Notes: generated from the letters alone by a model not told the origin. Counted from the first letter of the stretch, positions 12,504 through 27,789 are shown. The stretch: 64,000 bases of DNA from Paraspadella gotoi (GCA_051294375.1 CM119269.1:7483446-7547445); one strand, 5' to 3'. Translations and numbers: made by a program.

Positions 12504-13474
12504 GACTGGCACGGGGATCGAGCAAACGAAACGTCAAACCATTGACGTCTGCCTTTTGACGTAATCCTTCGTTTCACAGGTGGTCGAAAAATTGGATTTG
12601 ACGCAATTTACAAACGCGGGCATCAAAATTGGGGCTTATTTCAAGAACGCTGTAGAATCTACAGATTCTACAGTGTAGTTTTATTAAATTTGTATTTATT
12701 TGCCTCGAAAGCAACGAGTTGTTCGTTTGGTTTTTATAAGATGAAACAAGGAACGTTTTAAACTCGAGTCTTCGAAGTACAAACAAATCCTCAGACAGAA
12801 AAACACAAAGGGAACGAAAAACCCAAGAACTAAATCGGAAACAAAAAGATCAAAAAGAAAAACAAAAGATCAAAAAGGGAAAAAAAGTAGCCATCGACCA
12901 AAAAGAAAAGAAATCTCGAGTAGCGATTAAACTAAAAAAGAAAGGGGGGGGCCTTCGCTCGTCCATGGGCCTTTTTCTTTTTCTTCTATGGGCCTTCTCC
13001 CTTTTTTCTACTACGGGGTCTCATGAAGTCTCACGAATTCGTGAATGGATTAATGAGGAAGGATGAATGGAGAGGAGGACGGGGCGGTGAATGAAGAGAA
13101 AGGGGGGGCGCTGGTGTGAATTGATAGAGGCTATGAGCCAGAAGGGATGGTGGGAGAGGAAGGGGATAGAAGAGGGGGGGAAAAGTGGTTCGCTGTGTGG
13201 GAAAACCGCGGAACGAATCCAGTTTGAATTAAGAATCACGAATTAGCGAAAAGCGAACGATTTTGTGATTCGTTAAATTTCGAAGAGAGAAATTGTGAAA
13301 CGGTGATTCGAGTTGATATTCTTTTGTGTGAACGCGTGAGAGGAGGAGGAGGAGGAGGAGGAGAGGTGGAGGAAGGTGGGCGTGTGGGGGTTTCGAAATT
13401 AATAATCGAGAGATTGGGTAGTTTGTGATTGCGGTTATTAAATCTACGGCGTCCGTTCAAATCCACGCGAAAAC

Positions 13475-13572
<98 letters not shown>

Positions 13573-13938
13573 CCCCCACCAAAGTGAACGGATTGTCAAC
13601 CGTCTCAAAGAATATTGATTTTATCCTCCACCTCATTAATAAAATCCCCGTTTGACTCCATGAGGCGAACGAGTAAACAAAAGACGCTTCCTCTTTATTG
13701 TTTCTCTCTCGATCGCCGACGACACATGGGGTTTTACGAGCATTTGGGGTATTTAACTGCGCTTTTGGGCATCGAACGCTGCATTTGGGCATCGAGGGTG
13801 AAACCGTGAGAGGCACCATGGAAAAGCGTGAGACGCACCATGGGCGTTTTAATCTCTGTGGGATTCTTGGCCACAAACAAATCGAAGATGAATCAAAAGT
13901 CTTTTTGGCAAAGTCGTCCAAGAAAAACGACGACGACG

Positions 13939-13980
<42 letters not shown>

Positions 13981-14068
13981 TTTGTAAAAACACTTGGCTA
14001 ATGACGACCATCACGACGACGTTAACAACGACGACGATAACAACGACCACTACACATTTTTTTGTTTG

Positions 14069-14157
<89 letters not shown>

Positions 14158-14548
14158 CCAGATTGTGAGAGCCAATTAAGAGGGGAGAACTTTGGGAGAG
14201 AAAACCAAAAGCAGAAGTTGAATGAGGAAAGAGAAGAAACAGAAACAGAAGGGAAAGAAGCCGATGGGTTGATAAACTCATTTGCATACTGTAGTCTAAG
14301 AATAAAAGCTTGATGGACTTTCTTTTTGATTGATGAAACACTATTTTTTTAGGCTGATATAGTCCATTATTAACTTTATCAGTAACAGTACACCTATTTT
14401 CAATACATGATAATAGTTTTTAAAAAGTGAAATTTAAATCAAATACGTTTTTAAAAAAGTTTATTCGGTTCTGTGAATTGCTTGGGAGCTTAGAGGCTTT
14501 CTACAATAAAGTAAGACGGCTTTAGTTTCATCTTACCATATCTTTAAT

Positions 14549-14584
<36 letters not shown>

Positions 14585-14599
14585 CAAGGGAGAGATGGA

Positions 14600-17346
14600 G
14601 AGAGACACAAAGGAAGGAAATATATATGGACATTGTTTATCATAGGTAGACTTTCTCGTATTACGACTCTTCGCCCCATCCTTTCTTTCCCTAGTTTATT
14701 CCATGGCAGTACATATCCATTATCTCATATCCTTCCAATATACCAGAACATGTGAAGTTCACTTTGTTTCCTTGTGGAGAACAAAACTTTGACAGAAATC
14801 TTTGCATCAGGCTTATGGCATCTGCAGATTACGAGAGTGGCGAAGATGAAATTCTCGATTGATGCGACGTCATGATCTGTCTTTTCCATTTCTCTTCTAT
14901 CTCTGTTTCCCCGTGCAAAGAATTTAGAGCTTCTTCGGGAAAAAACTCTCTGTTTGCGGAAAAGTTAAACATTCTCTCTCTCTCTCTCTCTCTTCTCTCT
15001 GCTCTCTCCTCTCTCTCTCCTCTCTCTCTCTCTTTCCTCTCTCGGTCTCTCATCTGTGCGTACAGGACGGACTGACCTAAAATTGACTGCCTTCTGAGAC
15101 CCTCATCGTCGTTGGGTCTTTGTTTTTTGGAAATCTTAGCCATGCATCGCTTTTTTCCTTTCTTTTTCTTAGTCAATCATCTTCATCATCGTCTTCGTCA
15201 TTGTCTTCCCGTCTTCACTGTTGCGTCGTCGTAGTCGGTCGTCGTCGTCGTCGATCGTCGTCGTCGTCGTCGCGGTCTACGGTGGTTTCGCCTATCTCGT
15301 CGTCAGTGGTCAACCACAATGCCGGGTGGGGATCCGACCTGCACGGCAAGCGTTGCCGTCAGTCCGTTGGGATGACTCCGATAACTAGTGGCAAGCCGGA
15401 GCTAAAGTACCGGGCGACAGCCATCGGGACCGGGAGAGGGGGCTAGCTACCCACCGTGACGGACTCTATCCGAGAAGGTCTGCAAACCGCAAAAAGTGCC
15501 GTGCGCATAGGCGTGGTAGGGAACATTACCGGCCCCTGTGTTGCCTGAGTGACTCGGCAAAAGTCGGAGCGGGCAGAAGGAATCCGACGTGAGCGGGGGA
15601 AATCACCTTAGACCCCCAGGACGGCTGGGACACCATCTTGGTCACTTGTGGAGAGGGAGGGGGTGAAGCCAAACAACACAGGTAGTGCAGGCCTAGGATG
15701 AAGTGTGAAGATAAACCAGGGTGGTTAGGTCGGAGGTGGTTACTCGAGATGGTGTCGCCAGCGGGGAAGAGAATTTTTCCTCAGGGACGTGGATTAAATG
15801 ATGGGGCGCGGCCCAGGGCAATCGTGAGACGGAGCAGAGATTCTTTTGCGGGGATCGTCCGGGAACTAGAAGGGGAGGAAGAGGATGAGGAGGGAGTGAG
15901 GGGAGGCAAGAGGGGAGGAGGAAGAGTAGAAAGCGAGAGTCATGATTAGGAAGAAAAGGAAAGAATGAGGGTTTTCTGTTGGTTTCCTTTTCTTGTCGTG
16001 ATAGGATGAGATGATTTGTCTGTGGAGGCGCGGAATAGAGATGGGATAGGAGATGCGGTTAGTCCTGTGGAAGGAGATTGGTAATAGAGAGTGGGTTAGT
16101 CTGTGGAAGGAGATGGATTGAGATGAGTTAGTCTGTGGAAGGAATGGGATAGAGTTTCAGGTTTTGTGCGACTGACCAGATTTTTTTTCCAAGTATGAGA
16201 GTTTATAAGAATAAAAACAAAAAAACACAAGACGAAAACCTCTCCCCAAATCCTCGGATCAACAGCGACGGTCAACTTTCTGCCAGTCACCAAAGACGTT
16301 TGGGATGAACGTAAACCGCTCGGAATTTCCTAGCTCGTTGTGCCTCGCTGGGGCGGCAGCCGGATGGGCAGACTTCGCTGGCGGCACGCCGCAATTGACG
16401 CGCGTCATCTGCGCAGAAATTGAAGCTGCTTTTTGGGTTAAGCGGATGGAATCGTGGGGTTGGAACCGATTGCTGAAAGACGACGATTTCCTTGTTTTGG
16501 AATCTGGAACATATGAAGCTCGAGTTTATATTTGGCGAAGAGACGGTTAATTTCGGAGAGTCGGACTGAATGGTCGTTTGAGTTATTGCATCGCGGTTCA
16601 TCGCGGATATTTCATTTTTTTTTTTCGTAACTTGATATATACAATTATACATATAATAAATGAATACCCTGCTGTTCATATATATACTATATACGGAGTT
16701 GAAATTTTGTATTGAATGCACTGTACGTCGACGATATTTTTTATTTTCTTCGTAAAAATTACACAGCGAACTCCCTTCAATCCGTCGTCTTTCGATTTCT
16801 TTTTAAATAAAATCGGCAGTTTTAGATTTTCTATCCTTTTTATTTTCAAAACATTCGTTACGTATTAATGAATTTTTTTAATGCAATGTTTTCATTATCC
16901 TCAAAAGCAAAATAAAATGAATTAAAGAAACAGAATTAAACGTAAAAACCGAAAAAGAAAACATTGAAAAAAAAACTCGAATCGAGAATAGGTAAAATTC
17001 TTTTCGTTAGTTAGCGTTCAATAATTAACCATAAATAATGATGATTTTAAGTTGATTTAGTTGAGCGTGAACAATTTGAGTTCTAGTATATTTCACCAAA
17101 ATATATGTATTGTTGGCTCCTATTAGTTTAATCATTAAATTTTATGACACGAACTGACTGAAACTGAAAACAAAAGATTAAATTTATTCTATATAAAAAA
17201 TGTAAATGAAAATTTGAAACTAAATAAAAACCGGAGGGAGTCGCGTGCTGAGGTATGACCGGAATAGAGAGAGAGAACGAGAGAGAGAGAGAGGAAGGAG
17301 AGAATGAGAGAAGAGGAGAAGAGAGAGAGAGGAGAGAGAGAGAGAG

Positions 17347-17377
<31 letters not shown>

Positions 17378-18470
17378 TGAGCTTGACGAGAGATTGATTT
17401 TCTCTTCAAAAGATACGTCATTTTGTTGTTTTTTAGTTTGATCGATTTTTTTTGTTCTTGGAGGATTTTAATTGGGGATCGTCACAAAAGGCGGAAAGCG
17501 CCCCGATGAGGTTTACGAACGGACGACATGACGACGACGACGGGAAGCGAAACCGGGCGCGATATTCGGGATTGATGATGATGATGGATTTAAAGGAGGA
17601 TCTACGCGTGGGTGGAATTGAAAGGAAAGGCGCGACTGAAGGACATTATAACATTAATTAACTATTTGCCTTCAAATAACCAAATTGTCATAAATTACGG
17701 TTAGTTTCAAACTTTCAATTAAAAAAAATAATCGCAATATTATCGACGATATATTTCGGGAAGACAATTTTCTTTCCGCTCCTCTATAATTAAAACCCTA
17801 CTCCGCGTTATTCTTTCTCTTTGTCCCTATTTTCCCGTTTCCACTGCTGTTAAAAAAATTTTCTTCTCTTTGTCCCTTTTTTTTTCCGTCTCCACTTGTC
17901 CTACTCGTTCCTTCTTTTTGTCCCATTTCCATCTCTTTGTCTTCCGCACGCAGACTCTCTGATTTCGATCTTCTTCTCGAGGCTTCAGAGACACTCAACG
18001 CTGCTCCTCCTGCGTGCGTCCTCCTCTCCTCCTCCTCTGGCGCTCCTCCTCCTCTCTCTCTGTTTCGTTCAATTTGAGACCCCGAAAGAATCGACATGGA
18101 TGTCAAGAGGAAAGAAGCCCCCCTTCCGCCCCTTTTATCTTTTCGCGTTCTGGCGACGTCGTTTTCAAAATGCGGGCAGATTTAGATGCCGCGCCGTGAC
18201 GTCAATTATATTATTTAATTTATTATAATTGTTTATATTTTAATATGTGACTAGAATAACACATTATACAAATTGAGACGTTGGTGTCTCGAAAAACGAT
18301 GATGATTATGAATAAAAAACAAAATACAAAAGAATTTAAATCTGAGAATAATGTCGTTTACTTTTTTACGAGACGGTGATTTTGGAAAAGTTGTTGTGAC
18401 ATCGCGGTGATAAAGTGTTCATCAACGTGAGAATACCAATGACTCGCCAATAATTGATGAAAACAAAAAG
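14600..18470. repeat. Left arm of a roughly 3.6-3.9 kb inverted duplication (partner 29070-32605)
   Basis: For example, 14821 TCTGCAGATTACGAGAGTGGCGAAGATGAAATTCTC matches the reverse complement around 32355-32390, and 18330-18360 matches 29282-29310. The copies differ by many small indels. Confidence 0.9.
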
Positions 18471-18589
18471 CTTCCGGGTTGGCGCTGGTGGAGCGGAGCA
18501 TGGATTCACCTTTTGTCCCTGTACCTTGAGAGGAGGAGAGAGAGAGAGAGAGAGAAAGAGAGAGGAGATAGAAGAGAGGAGGAAGAGAG

Positions 18590-18651
<62 letters not shown>

Positions 18652-19096
18652 CATTAGCCTCCTCGACAGACGAAACAAATGATCGGCGAATTTTAAATCT
18701 TCTTTCATTTCGAGTCTGGGATTTTTTTCAGAGTAAAGAGGATTTGAAATCGACAAGTGGCCCCACGCGGAGAAAATTAGGCGGCGGCGGCGGCGGCGGC
18801 GGCGGCGCGCGGCGGCGGCGGCGGCGGCGGCGGCGCAGAGAACGTCGCGGGTGGCGCTATCGTGTGGCAGAGAAATGGTGCAAATCTCTAGGATTAAGGA
18901 GAGGATTTCCCGCTCAATTGCCGCCACTAATCTCTAAATGCAAACTCCAACGTCGCCTTCACTATTGGCCAATCGGCATCGTCTCTGACCACCGCAAAGA
19001 CGATAATAAAGGATTACTATTTACAAAACAAACAAACAAAAGAACTTGTTAACAATTATCGACTAAGATTTTCAATTTCGGCGCCATTTGGTATAT

Positions 19097-19146
<50 letters not shown>

Positions 19147-19802
19147 ATCTCTTCTCTCTCTCTCTCTCTCTCTCCTCTCTCCTCTCTCCTCCCAACACAC
19201 TCGCACTCTCGCTCCCGCGCAAATGATTCTCACTTGACCAGAATAAGACGAATCAATAATGACAATATTTCCAATCTGTCTCCTCACTCTGTCTCACTCT
19301 TTTCTCTGTCTCTATCTCGCACTCTCACGCGCTCGATTTTCCCACCGCCTAAAAGCCGCTAACTGTATCGCCAAGATCTGGCAAGATCTCTATACACCCT
19401 CTCTCTCTCTCTCTCTCCTCTTCTCTCCTCTCTCTCTCTCTCTCTTCAGTCTCTCTCTCTCTCTCTCTCTCATCTCTCTCCCTGATGCGAAAACGCTCCT
19501 ATCGATACCGCGTAACGCCGTCAATAGTTACGAACTTTCCGGTTTCGCGTCACGAGACCCGCGGACCGCGGGTGGACGGTCCCGATGAGCATACGGCAGC
19601 GGGAGTCACGANNNNNNNNNNNNNNNNNNNNNNNNNCTCTCTCATGTCTACTCTCTCTCTCCGTTGTGTTTTCCATGAAAATCTAGGTTTCCTTCCGGAA
19701 AAAGTTCGAGGTTCTCGAATCTCTGGACTACGAGATGCTTCAACATCCTCGTAGATTACATCCGGGAACCGGAAGCGAGAAACAATGATCACTTGTCTGT
19801 AC

Positions 19803-19804
<2 letters not shown>

Positions 19805-19899
<95 letters not shown>

Positions 19900-20100
19900 A
19901 GTTCATTAGCCTCCTCGACAGACGAAACAAATGATCGGCGAATTTTAAATCTTCTTTCATTTCGAGTCTGGGATTTTTTTTCAGATAAAGAGGATTTGAA
20001 ATCGACAAGTGGCCACGCGGAGAAAAATTAGGCGGGGCGGCGGCGGCGGGGCGGCGGCGGCGGCGGCGGGCGGCGGCGGCCAGCAGAATCGTGCGCGGGT
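19805..20100. repeat. Direct duplicate of about 18600-18860 ((AG)n + GTTCATTAGCCTCCTCGACAGACGAAAC… + (GGC)n)
   Basis: Near-identical unique segment of about 130 bp at 18648-18780 and 19901-20030, followed by GGC repeats in both copies. Confidence 0.85.
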
Positions 20101-21833
20101 GGCGATGACGGTCACGATGACGTCATACGCCATTGTCGGTGACGTCACGCCAACAATGGAATTCGGGACTCGATTCTGACCCATGGGAAAATATTGGGGG
20201 GCAGCGATGGTACGGAAAAATTGGGGAGAGGAGGGAAAGGGAAGAGAGAGAAGATTGAAAAGGGAAGAGAGAGAAGATAGAAAAGGGAAGAGAGAGAAGA
20301 TAGAAAAGGGAAGAGAGAGAAGATTGAAAAGGGAAGAGAGAGAAGATAGAAAAGGCAAAAAAGGGAGAGAAGACTTGCATTAAAACCTGAGTTGACACGA
20401 ATATCGCTCCAACACTTCAAAGATAAAAGGTTCTACGATAACGACGCATCAGAAACAGATGGTATTGGCGCCTGCGTTTTCTGACCAACGTCGCTGTCAA
20501 AACCGCAGTTGAGAGAAAAGATAAGAGAGAAAGGATGAAATGTGATGAGATGAGATGAGATGAGATGAGATGAGATGAGATGAGATGAGATGAGATGGAA
20601 AGAGAAAAAATGGAAATGTCAAAATAGTTAAATACTATCATAGTTGTGAGAGGTCGGTGATCGAAACTGGTCATGGCCGCTAAAGGTCCTATTCGAGGAA
20701 AGAAGGAAAGAAGGAAGGAAACGACGAAAACGACGATGACGACGACGACGACGACGACGAAACTCGTCTCACTGCGTGAAGTCGCTCTATTATGAAAACC
20801 TCACGTGAACGGACAAGAGTTAATGACGACGACGACAACGACGACGAAAAAGTCAGGAGATGACGTAGCTTTTTAATCGTCAGAATTTTTCCCGACTGAC
20901 GTCAAAGGAGTGTGTACGCTCTTGATTTAGGTGACAGAGGATCTGAAAAGGTAGATTTAACTCAGTTTTTTGAATTGAGAGAGAGAGAGACTGATGACGA
21001 TGAAGAGAGAGGAGGGAGAGAGCAGAGAAGAGAAGGAGAGGAAGGGGGAGGGAGGGAGGAGAGAGACGAGATGGAAGGAGACGGAGAAGGAGAGGAGAGA
21101 GTGGAGGAGAGAGGAGAAGGCGATGACAGAACATCCGTGCAAATTCCAAAACAACGAAATTTAACGAGAAGCAGGAATTTAAATTCTCCTCATCCTCAAA
21201 ACGATGGGCGATCAAGAAAGGGAATTTATGGGGATTGAGTGTTAAAGCGGAGACAAGGGAAGAGACGAGAGAGGGAAAAATGAGAAAGAGAGGAATTTAG
21301 AGGGGATACGATATATGCTGACCACACGAGAGAGAGAGAGAGAGAGAGAGGATGAGAGAGAGGAGAGAGAGGAGAAGAGAGAGAGAGAGACGAGGGAGAG
21401 AGAGAGAGAGAGAGAGACGCGTGAGCCGAAATAGATAACAGGGATGAGTTCGCCCCGCGCTAAGACGGAACACCTCCTCCTGCCCCCCCCTTTTCCCCCC
21501 TCTCTTCAAACACCTGCGTACCACCTAATTTTAACACCCTCCCCCTTAATCCACCCCGGATTCCTGCCAATGGCGTTATCCCGCGTCCAATCAAAAGGAA
21601 ACTTCGGCGACGACGATTCCATTCTCCAGCGGTGGTGCGGACAGCTGAAACGAGCGACGTACGACCACGGACGAACGACGAGGACGACGACGACGACGAC
21701 GACGCGGACGACACGACGACGACAGGCGACGACGAAGAAGAAGACGAATTAGGTCCGTGCGGCGGACGAGACGACGACGCGACGACGACCGGCGACGCGA
21801 AGAAGAAGAAGACGAAGATAGGTCGGGGTGCAC

Positions 21834-21867
<34 letters not shown>

Positions 21868-24265
21868 ACGACTGGGCGCGACGAAGAAAGAAGACACGAA
21901 GATATAGGTCCGGTGCGACGACGGACGGACGACGACGACGAAGAAGAAAAAGACCGAAGATGTTGGGGTCGGTGATCGACGGGGACCGACAGACGACGGT
22001 ACGACGAAGAGAGACGAAGATTAGAGTCGTGTGACGACGACACGACGACGACGAACGACGAAGAAAGAAGACGAAGATCATCAGGTTCGGTTGACGACGA
22101 CGACGACGACGGACGGACGACGACGTATGACCAAGACCAATAATAATAGAATTGTCGCGAGTGGACAACCAACACGACGCTACGATCGATGACGATGTCG
22201 ATTTCCAGAAGCTTAGGTTTTTGTTTTGATTTTGATCGCCTCGTCGTAATCTTTAACGATTTGTTTTGCTATTTGTTTGTTATTTGTTTGTTATTTCCTC
22301 GCCGCTTGGTATTAGGCGGCTGTCATTGATTTCCTCAGCGGATTTTCCATTTTTCGAATTTCTTTTTTTTCCAATCGAAGTCGATCTCATTATTTTAGAA
22401 TGGAAAACAATTTGACTGACGACCCGACGACGACGACGTATTGAAGCAGACCACCGTAATTCATTCCGACGGTCTCCCCAACAATAGATAAATCATCGAA
22501 ACAATTGCGATTCGGTCGTCAATCGTCCGTTCGTCGGTCGTCGTTACCTTTCCATCGATCTTCATTGTTTAAAAGTTAAGTCAGAGTGATTTTAAATCTT
22601 CGGCTGGGAACATATCGTGGCTGGGAAGGAAGGCGGAACGATGATATTGGGGTACAGGAAGAGGGAATAAAGGGGAGTGAGGTGGGACAATGGGCAGGTG
22701 GGGGGTATTTGGGGGAGCAGAAGGGAGGGCGTTCGATGTTTGTGGCAGGAAGGAAACGCGCAGGGGCGGACGCTATGTTTTTTTAAAACACGAACATTCA
22801 GGACTGAAGGGAAAAATATTATGCAAGAATGGGAAACTTGTGAGCTGTAACGATGCGCAGACGTTCTGCTCTCGTGCTGTCTGTCTGTCTTTCTTTTTAA
22901 CTTTCTTTTCTTATCTTTTCTTTCCTTTCTTATCTTTCTTTTTCTTTTTTCTTTCTTTCTTTCTTCTTTCTGTTCGTTCCTTTAATCGTTTTTCCTTTCT
23001 TGCGCTTTAATTCAGATGTTGTTGTCTTTTGACTGTGAGTGTGAAAATCTTTTTTTTGTGTTTATGGAGCCTCCAAATGACTCGCTGTATATAAAATAAC
23101 TGATATTTTACGAGCGGCGGCCGCTATCATCTCTCCGAACACCAATACTAATACAGTTGTTATTTAAGAAATATCGAAGGAGAGTCTTGATTGGAGCGAA
23201 AAGTTCGCATTTCAGATCAAAAGACAAAAAAAAATCATCTACACAGAGAAGTTTAGTCCGGAACGAGGTCTAGGCAGACGAAGGGCGACCCGGCCGAAGA
23301 GGGGCCTCCAACCGGGAAGGGAGGGGCCTGGCTGGGGCCGACAGTCAGGGCCGGGAGGGGCATTCGAGCCGGGCCCGGTCGGGCGGGGGGGGGTGGAGAA
23401 GGACCTCGCGTCGACTCGCGAAAAAAAGGAGTAATTGAGTTTTTTGGGGTTTTTTTTTCTCTCTCTCTTTCGGCGCTAAACGGATTTTGGGGAGACCGCG
23501 GTATGGTTATAGTTGTTGTTGTTGTTGAATCGCTAGTTGATTGAATGTATGAATTTGTCGAATTGTTGCTTGTAAGGTGGGGGTTAATTGATTGGTTCAT
23601 TGGTTAGTTGGCCGGTCACCAATCCGCCGCCTTCGTTGGCTCCTTCTCTTCTCTTTATCCTCGACTCGCGTCTTCGATTAATTTAATTTTCTTTTTCTTT
23701 TTTCTTTCTTTTTTCAATTCATTTTTTTTAATAATTTAGTTTCGGTTTTGGAGCTGGGTACATCGGGGGCTCATTACTCAAGAATTAGCTTTAAAAAAAA
23801 GACTTAAATTTCTTTTTTCTTTTTTTTTTAAATTCTGATCCCTTTTTTTCTTTCTCGAGGCTAAAAATGGCCCTCGAGGCACAATTTTAATTTAATGAAA
23901 AAATAACTCGAACGAACATCGAAACTCCTGTTGTATTTTTTTTTATGGCGATGGAATTCGATTTTTGCGTCGGGAGATGAAATGTACAGTGAGATTCGAT
24001 CATTTCGACCCATAAGTCTGGTTCTCGTTAAATTTAATAGACCTCGCTGTGTCAAACGAAACGCTGGTCCAAAATGAACAGCACAAAAAGGGCCTTATTT
24101 TTCCGAAACTCCCAGATTCGTCTTGAATTCGGAAATAAAGTAGATTTAAAATTTAAAGATTAGGTTATGGATTAGGTTTAAATTTAGGGATAAGGATTTG
24201 GTTAGTGATCAGGGTAAGGGGTTAGGGTTATGGTTATAGAGTAGGGATAAAGAAANNNNNNNNNN

Positions 24266-24371
24266 TAATCCCGCGTCCAATCAAAAGGAAACTGGCGACG
24301 ACGATTCCATTCTCCACGGGACGCTGACGACGACGACGAAGAAGAAGAAGAAGAAGACGAAGATGAGGTCG

Positions 24372-24413
<42 letters not shown>

Positions 24414-27011
24414 TTGACCAAGACAATAATAGAATTGTCGCGAGTGACAACCAAGACGACCGCTACGATTCCAATGACGATGATTCAGAAGCGTTGATTT
24501 GATCGCCGTCTATTTTAACGATTTTTTGCTATTGTTGTTGTTATTTGTATTGTTATTGTCCTCGCCGCTTGGTTATTAGCGATTGTCATTGATTTTCTCC
24601 GGTTTTTCCATTTTCGAATTCTTTTTTTCCCATCGAAGTCGGACTCATTATTAGAATGGAAACAATTGACGACGACGACGACGACGACAGCGACGATGAA
24701 GACGACCACGTCATCATCCGACGGTCTCCCCACAAATAGATAAATCGAAACATCGTCGTCGTCATCGTCGTCGTCGTCGTCGTCCTTTCCTCGATCTTCA
24801 TTGTAAAAGTCAAGTGATTTATTCGCTGGGAAATATCGTGGGGGAAGGAAGGGGCGGACGATGTTTGGGGTAAGGAAGAGGGATAAAGGGGTGAGGGAGG
24901 GAGGGTGGGGGGTGGGGGGCAGAGGGGGGCGTTCGATGAGGAAGGAAACGCGAGGCGACGTTAATAAACGAAATTCGCGGAGAAGGAAATTTATGCAAAA
25001 TGGGAATTGTGAGGACGAGCGCAGACGTCTGTCTGTCTGTCTGTCNNNNNNNNNNNNNNNNNNNNNNNNNNNNNNNNNNNNNNNNNNNNNNNNNNNNNNN
25101 NNNNNNNNNNNNNNNNNNNNNNNNNNNNNNNNNNNNNNNNNNNNNNNNNNNNNNNNNNNNNNNNNNNNNNNNNNNNNNNNNNNNNNNNNNNNNNNNNNNN
25201 NNNNNNNNNNNNNNNNNNNNNNNNNNNNNNNNNNNNNNNNNNNNNNNNNNNNNNNNNNNNNNNNNNNNNNNNNNNNNNNNNNNNNNNNNNNNNNNNNNNN
25301 NNNNNNNNNNNNNNNTGTGAGTGTGAAATCTTTTTTGTACTGAGCCTCAATATGTGTATAAATTACTGATATTTGTACGAGCGCGGCGCATAGTCTTCGG
25401 AACAATACAATACAATTCTTTTTAGAAATATCGAAGGAGAGTCTTGATTGTTCTTTATCCCTACTCTTTAAAACCATAACCCTTAACCTCCCTTACCCTG
25501 ATCACTAACCAAATTCGTTATTCGCTAATTTTAACCTATAGATCATAACCTTCTCTAATCTTTAAATATTTTAAATCTACTTTATTTTCCGAAGTTCAAG
25601 AACGAACTGGGAGTTCTTCGGAAAAAATAAGGGCCCTTTTTGCTGCTGTTCATTTTGGAGCACCAGGCGTTATCGTTTGACAGAGACAGCGAGGTTCTTA
25701 TTAAATTTTAACGAGAACCAAGACTTTATGGGTCTAATAATGAGTCGAATGCTCTCAACACTGTTGATCCATGTTCATCTTTCCCGACGCCAAAAAATCT
25801 GCGATTCCATCGCATAAAAAAAATACAACAGAGTTTCGACTGTTTTTCGTTCGACGGTTATTTTTCAATTAACATTTAAAATTGCTTGCCTGAGGGCCGA
25901 TTTTTAGCCTTCGCAGAAAGAAAAAAAAGGCGTCAGGAATTAAAAAAAAAAAAAAAAAATAAAATTTAATGTCTTTTTTTTAAAGCTTAAATCTGTCAGT
26001 AATGAGCCCCCGATGTTACCCAGTCCCGCTCCAAAACAACGAAACTAAAGTATTAATAAAAAATGGCAATTGCAAAAAAGAAAGAACAAAGAAAAAGAAA
26101 ATAGATTACATATTGAATCGAAGACGCGAGTCGTAGGCTAAATGAGAAGAGAAGGCAAGCGAACGAAATGGCGAGCGAATTGGTGACGGGCACCTAACCA
26201 ATAACCAATCAATTAAACCCCAACCTTAGAAGCAACAATTCGACCGACACAATACATTCAATCAAACTAGCGATCTCACAATACAGACAACAACATATAA
26301 CGTATATAGATACTGCGGTCTCCCCAAGATCCGTTTTAGCCGCCGAAAAGAGATGATAAAAAAAACCCCCAAAAAACTCAATTTACTTCCTTTTTTTTCG
26401 TTCCGCTAGTCGACGCGGAGGTCCTTCTCACCCAACCCCCCGCCCGACCGCGGCCCGGCCTCGAAGCCCCCTCCCGGCCCTGACTGTCGGTCCCAGCCAT
26501 GGCCCCTCCCTTCCGCGGTTGGAGGCCCCCTACTTCGCGCCGGGCGCCCTTCGTCTTGCGCGAGACTCGTTTCCGGACTAAACTTCTCTGGTGTAGAATG
26601 ATTTTTTTTTGAGGTCTTTAGATCTGAACAGGCGAACTTTCGCTCCAGATCAAGACTCTCCTTCGAATATTTCTTAAATAGAAATGTATTAGTATTTGTA
26701 GTTTCGAAATAGTTCGAAGCCTTGGCCGCCGCTGTACAAATATCAGTTATTTATATAACGAGTCATTTGGAGGCTCTAGTAACCAAAAAAAGATCTTCAC
26801 ACCACAGTCAAAACAGAACTCGAATTAAAGCGCAAGAAGGAAAGAGATTAGAACGAAAGAAATGAAAAAGAAAGAAAGAAAAAGAAAAAGAAAGAAGAAA
26901 GGATAAAAAGAAGAAAAAAGTAAAAAGAAAGAAAGAAAGCAAAGATAAAGAAAAGAAAGATAATGATCACATCAAGAAAGAACTCAAGAAAGAAAGAAGA
27001 TCTCTCTACTT
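24266..27011. repeat. Redundant copies of 21580-24255: direct copy at 24266-25450, inverted copy at 25451-27000
   Basis: 24269 TCCCGCGTCCAATCAAAAGGAAAC repeats 21579. 25316 TGTGAGTGTGAAA repeats 23034. 25451 TTCTTTATCCCTACTC is the reverse complement of 24239-24254. The block is bounded by N gaps. Confidence 0.9.
25046..25315. other. Assembly gap (other gaps: 19612-19636, 24256-24265, 27012-27036, 28146-28155, 28366-28601, 29147-29281, 31572-31581)
   Basis: Runs of N. Confidence 1.
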
Positions 27012-27651
27012 NNNNNNNNNNNNNNNNNNNNNNNNNGTAGGGATAAAGAAACAGAAATGGGGAGCTTTCAGAAAATGATTCGATCCTTCTTTTTCGTTTT
27101 TATCCGGACTTCACTGTTTCAGCTTTTTTTTTCTTTTTAATCTCGAAAGGTGAAGTTCTCTTTTTGAAAAAAAAATTGACATTTTATTAATTTTAAATTA
27201 TATTTATGGATATGAAAAATAATTGGATAAAACTTATACGAAATTCTATCGCGTTTTTAGGTACGTAAGAAATTTTAAAATTGATTTTTAAAATGAAGAA
27301 ATGGGTGAGGAAAGGAGAGTAAGTTTCGGTTTTGGGTAAGGATCATCGTTTTAAAAGGAAAGAAAAAATAATCGTTAATTTTACACCTGCTCTTTTGTTT
27401 GAACTAAGATTGGAGGCGGAACCCGAAGAAGAGGAGAACGAAGAGGAGAACAAAGAGGAGAAAAAAGGAGAATAAAGAGAAAAACAAGAAATCTAAAGAC
27501 GGAATGAGAAGAAAACCGAAACGCGTGTCGATTAAAATGAAATTTGATGACAGGAAATGGATAGAAATAATGATGAATATTTTTGTTAGAAATGAAATTG
27601 AAAGAAATAAAGTAATAAAGTAATTTAGAGATGGTCAAAGAAAGAACTGAC

Positions 27652-27789
<138 letters not shown>

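Noticed and set aside
24160-24240. TTAGGG-like run as an interstitial telomere
   Set aside because: Only short degenerate units, with no sustained perfect array.
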